A stretch of DNA of 63,840 nucleotides, counting the filler, from Octopus bimaculoides (taxonomy: Eukaryota), in NCBI RefSeq assembly GCF_001194135.2. It is 5 parts of 5 records of this genome, joined end to end, with 100 filler letters (N's around TTAATTAATTAA, not from the genome) between each part and the next. Parts side by side here need not be neighbours in the genome. Positions count along the whole stretch, not along the records: positions 60,563 to 63,840 come from NC_068997.1; 4 more parts are not named here. One strand, 5' to 3'. Both the position numbers and the translations under genes were made by a program. Each line of letters opens with the position of its first letter. The first letter of the stretch is position 1. Below are positions 62,193 through 63,840 of the stretch, piece by piece. The notes under the pieces are model-generated. The model was given only the letters and a program-made list of their open reading frames with translations, was not told where the DNA came from and made no database searches.

Positions 62193-63000
62193 TTTAATAT
62201 AATACAAAGATATATTTAACAAACTATACGACATGTCTCTGCAACTTATACTTTATTTAATTTATTGCTGTGTCTTAAATGTAGGATTGAACTTAATTGT
62301 CCCATCCTCAAATTTAATTAATTTCTCGAAAGTATCTTTTACCTCATGAGGTAGATTCTCATTTCCCGCTCTCTAATTCATTCCTTGCTCTCCCTTTCCC
62401 TCCTCTCTTTCTCTCTCTGTCTCTCCCAAGAGAGTCCCAGTCAAGACACCGTAAGCTATGATTTTAATATAATACAAAGATATATCTAAACAATATGTCA
62501 TATGTCTGTGCAACTTTTAATTTATCTAATTTATTGCTGTGTCTTAAATGTAAAATTGAACTTAATTGTCCCGTCCTCAAATTAAATTGATTTCTCCAAA
62601 GTAACTTTTATCTCACAAACTATATTCTTATTACCCGCTCTTTAAATTCCCCCCCCTCTCTCTCTCTCTCTCTGTCTTTGTCTGCCTCCTCTCTCCCTCT
62701 CGCTCTCTCTGCCTTTCGCTCTCTCTGCCTCTCGCTCTCTTTGCCTCTCGCTCTCTCTGCCTCTCGCTCTCTCTCTGCCTCTCGCTCTCTCTCTGCCTCT
62801 CGCTCTCTCTCTGCCTCTCGCTCTCTCTCTGCCTCTCGCTCTCTGCAAAGCAAAAGTTTTAGTTGCTACTAAAACCACGCTGGATATTTATTTACAACCG
62901 AGAGAGTCCCAGCCAAAACATCGTAAGCTATGATCTTAATATATATAATCAAAGATATATCTAAAAAATATATGACAAGCCTCAGTAACTTTTAAATTAT
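62193..63000 (+). repeat. Diverged tandem array, about 2.3 copies of a 270-bp unit; unit 2 expanded by an 18-nt GCCTCTCGCTCTCTCTCT repeat
   Basis: TTAATATAATACAAAGATATAT at 62193, 62463 and about 62935. GAGAGTCCCAG...CGTAAGCTATGAT ends units 1 and 2. Confidence 0.88.
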
Positions 63001-63089
63001 TTCTCGATAGAATCTTTTCCTGTTTGGGCCGTAAGGAGCGCTGCAGTATGCACCTTCTCTCAGCAGTTATGCACCCGCTTTACCCACCC

Positions 63090-63162
63090 CTCTACCATCT
63101 TCCCTTTACCATCTACCCTTTACCATCTTCCCTCTACCATCTTCCCTTTACCATCTTCCCTT
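63090..63162 (+). repeat. 14-bp minisatellite (CTTTACCATCTTCC), about 5 copies
   Basis: Direct reading. Confidence 0.85.
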
Positions 63163-63369
63163 ATGTCCAATATCTACCTCACTTCTGTGTTTACAACCAC
63201 TCCTAAGCAGTACTCCTACTCTCCCTGTCGATCTGAATGGATTATACTGAACTTGCTTTGTTAATGGCTTCCTCCTCTCCCTAATTGATCTTCCTTTCCT
63301 TTTCCTTTTATTTATTTTCTCCCCCCTCTCTCTCTCTCTCTTTCTTTCTCTCTTTAATTTTTTTCTTTT

Positions 63370-63720
63370 CTCTATCAATGCCGGAGTGCCCAACTGACAA
63401 GGTATGCGATAAAGAAGAAAGAAAAGTCGATAGATATGGCAGGTTAGCTTTGAAGGTTAAGCAGCTGTCACTGAAAAAGGTGGTAGTAGTACCAATAATT
63501 GTTGGAGCCCTGGAAACAGTGACTAAAAATCTTGAGAAATACATAGAACAAATTGGGGCACAATATGGGTAGAGCACTTGAAGAAAACAGCATTGCTTGG
63601 AACCGCTCGAAAACTCCGGATGGTGCTCGAAAAATTAGGGGTGTTATCTTAGTTCACTGGTAGTGAAGAGCTAACACCGTAGAACATCTCCAGTGTTAGA
63701 AGCTGTGAAAAAAAAAATAA
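63370..63720 (+). mobile_element. R4/Dong-like LINE 3' end
   Basis: KEERKVDRY..LALKVKQL..VVVVPIIVGALETV..LEKYIEQIG, then frameshifted LKKTALLGTARKLRMVLE. Confidence 0.8.
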
Positions 63721-63840
63721 TGATAATGTAGCTAACGTAAAAATCAAACAAATAGTACGTGTGTTTAATTGGCAAAAGATGACCATCCACAAATTTAAAA
63801 AAAAATTCTTCATTACACGATTTTACATCAAGAACCTTGC

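Noticed and set aside
62620-62878. (EREAER)n ORFs
   Set aside because: Translations of the CT-rich 18-nt minisatellite inside the 270-bp tandem unit.

Overview
AT-rich, repeat-saturated eukaryotic DNA with many N gaps. The SINE families and microsatellite load point to a coleoid cephalopod, most likely Octopus (inference from recognised repeat motifs, no database search). Most of the six-frame ORF track is microsatellite or N-run artefact. The only host gene I can support is on the + strand near the right end: an adhesion-class GPCR. It has three clean, phase-compatible exons (56908-57019, 57739-57878, 60291 to the gap at 60463) encoding a HormR-like domain and the start of a GAIN domain. These are preceded by stop-containing, Cys-rich exon-like segments (52.7-54.9 kb), two of which splice in frame to them on paper. 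The rest is a mosaic of at least four tRNA-derived SINE families (my labels A-D), LINE remnants (HERO-like, CR1-group, RTE, R4/Dong-like, L1/Tx1-like), three Penelope-like GIY-YIG remnants, and DNA transposons (Tigger/pogo, a full-length dead mariner, DUF4817-type Tc1/mariner, hAT MITEs). The most interesting signals are several hammerhead-ribozyme-shaped motifs missed by the ORF track. One is nearly perfect with an extended stem I (13.5 kb), and two share a core variant and form an outward-facing inverted pair (61.1/61.6 kb). Also notable are a head-to-head SINE pair able to form a long dsRNA hairpin, and a lone in-frame UAG in an otherwise open receptor exon. Four 100-bp N44-TTAATTAATTAA-N44 blocks are assembly spacers, so contiguity across them is unproven.
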